This document shows, one piece after another, positions 63,060 to 64,000 of a DNA stretch of 64,000 bases. The stretch comes from the human T2T-CHM13v2.0 reference genome, Homo sapiens: NCBI RefSeq assembly GCF_009914755.1, contig NC_060935.1; one strand, 5' to 3'. A program made the position numbers and the translations under genes. Each line of letters opens with the position of its first letter. Within the stretch, counting starts at the first letter, position 1. The notes below the pieces were generated by a model. The model saw nothing but the letters and a program-made list of their open reading frames with translations. It searched no databases and had not been told where the DNA came from.

Positions 63060-63280
63060 ACTGATGGAAGGAACCAACATTGTGCGTGAATTAAAATGCC
63101 TGGCTTCCAATCCCAGCTCTGCTACTTCCAAGCAGGGCGATCCTCTGAGTTTGTGTACCCTCCTCTGTGAGCGGCGTGCATGAGAGCTTCCTCACAGGAT
63201 GGCTGTGAGCGCGGTGATGCATGGGAAAGTGCCCTTCCCAGAGCCTGGCACGATGGCAGCTCTCCATGATGGGGGATAGT
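63060..63280 (+). mobile_element. MIR
   Basis: aatcccagctctgctactt...ctctgagttt...cctcacaggat...gcctggcac. Confidence 0.6.
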
Positions 63281-64000
63281 CAATTCCTTTTTTCCATCCT
63301 TAATGCCAGAATGATGAAGTAGGCAAAACCAAAGCAAACAAAACAACAAAAATAACCAAGAAGACAAACAACAGTAACATGACAACAAAAAAACTTTAAA
63401 ATAAACAAGCCAACCTAAGGCATGTAAGATTTACACTGTAAAAAGTTATCTATGAGGTTCCCCAAGGCTTAGAGAGTGATCTATTGAGAACTTTAGAATC
63501 TAAGGAGTATAACATCAGCCCCTAGCCTACTCTTTTTCCTTCCAAGTTTCTGTGTGTATTGCATGCATGTAAATTCTCTGTCTCTCATTAGAATTGCAAG
63601 GTCCCCGAGAACAGAGTTTTTATTTTGCTCATCCCTGATTCCTCTGCTACAGACCAGGGCCCAGTACAGAGTAAGTACTCACCAAATATTTGCTGCACGA
63701 GAGAACTGATGTCCACTCTCCACAGTCTGCAGAAACTCCGTGAAGCTGTCAGCCAAAGATCCAATGCCATTCCCACTAAGGAACTCTCTTAGTATCCTTC
63801 TCCTTCCCTCCCTGGACCCCAAAGCCTCAACTGTGGGGAAGCATGGGCATCAACTACATTAAAGCATTTCATTCTAGAAAGGCTGGAGACCCCTATAAAG
63901 GGACCGATTTCCGCAAGCCATACGATAAAATCAGCCTCATTGCTTTATAGTCACACCTCATATAGTTCTATAAATCCAATAACAAAAACCATTATATTGA

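Overview
Human (primate) genomic DNA, about half interspersed repeats, with a single protein-coding exon. On the minus strand, 53523..53357 encodes [55 protein letters not shown](R). This is the '1b' first coding exon of an IgLON neural adhesion gene. The peptide is shared by OPCML and NTM (11q25); the minus orientation favours OPCML if the window is in reference orientation. The exon lies in a two-part CpG island promoter (~53.15-54.93 kb). Everything to its left (>53 kb) is the next intron, and no exon 2 is seen. Everything to its right is upstream sequence or the intron from the distal 1a promoter. The repeats include a two-LTR ERV-L provirus (MLT2 LTRs, gag-pol-dUTPase remnants), a near-full-length ancient L1MB, about 13 Alus, solo LTRs, Tigger3/Tigger4/MER5 DNA transposons, and L2 and MIR fragments. 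I see no evidence of a wholly new gene system. The most interesting signals are RNA-processing ones: signal-peptide codons that double as a 3' splice site, an in-frame stop built into the splice donor, overlapping uORFs in the upstream CpG island, two recursive-splice-like AG|GTAAG motifs, and close inverted Alu pairs. Repeat subfamily names come from recalled consensus features, not a database run.
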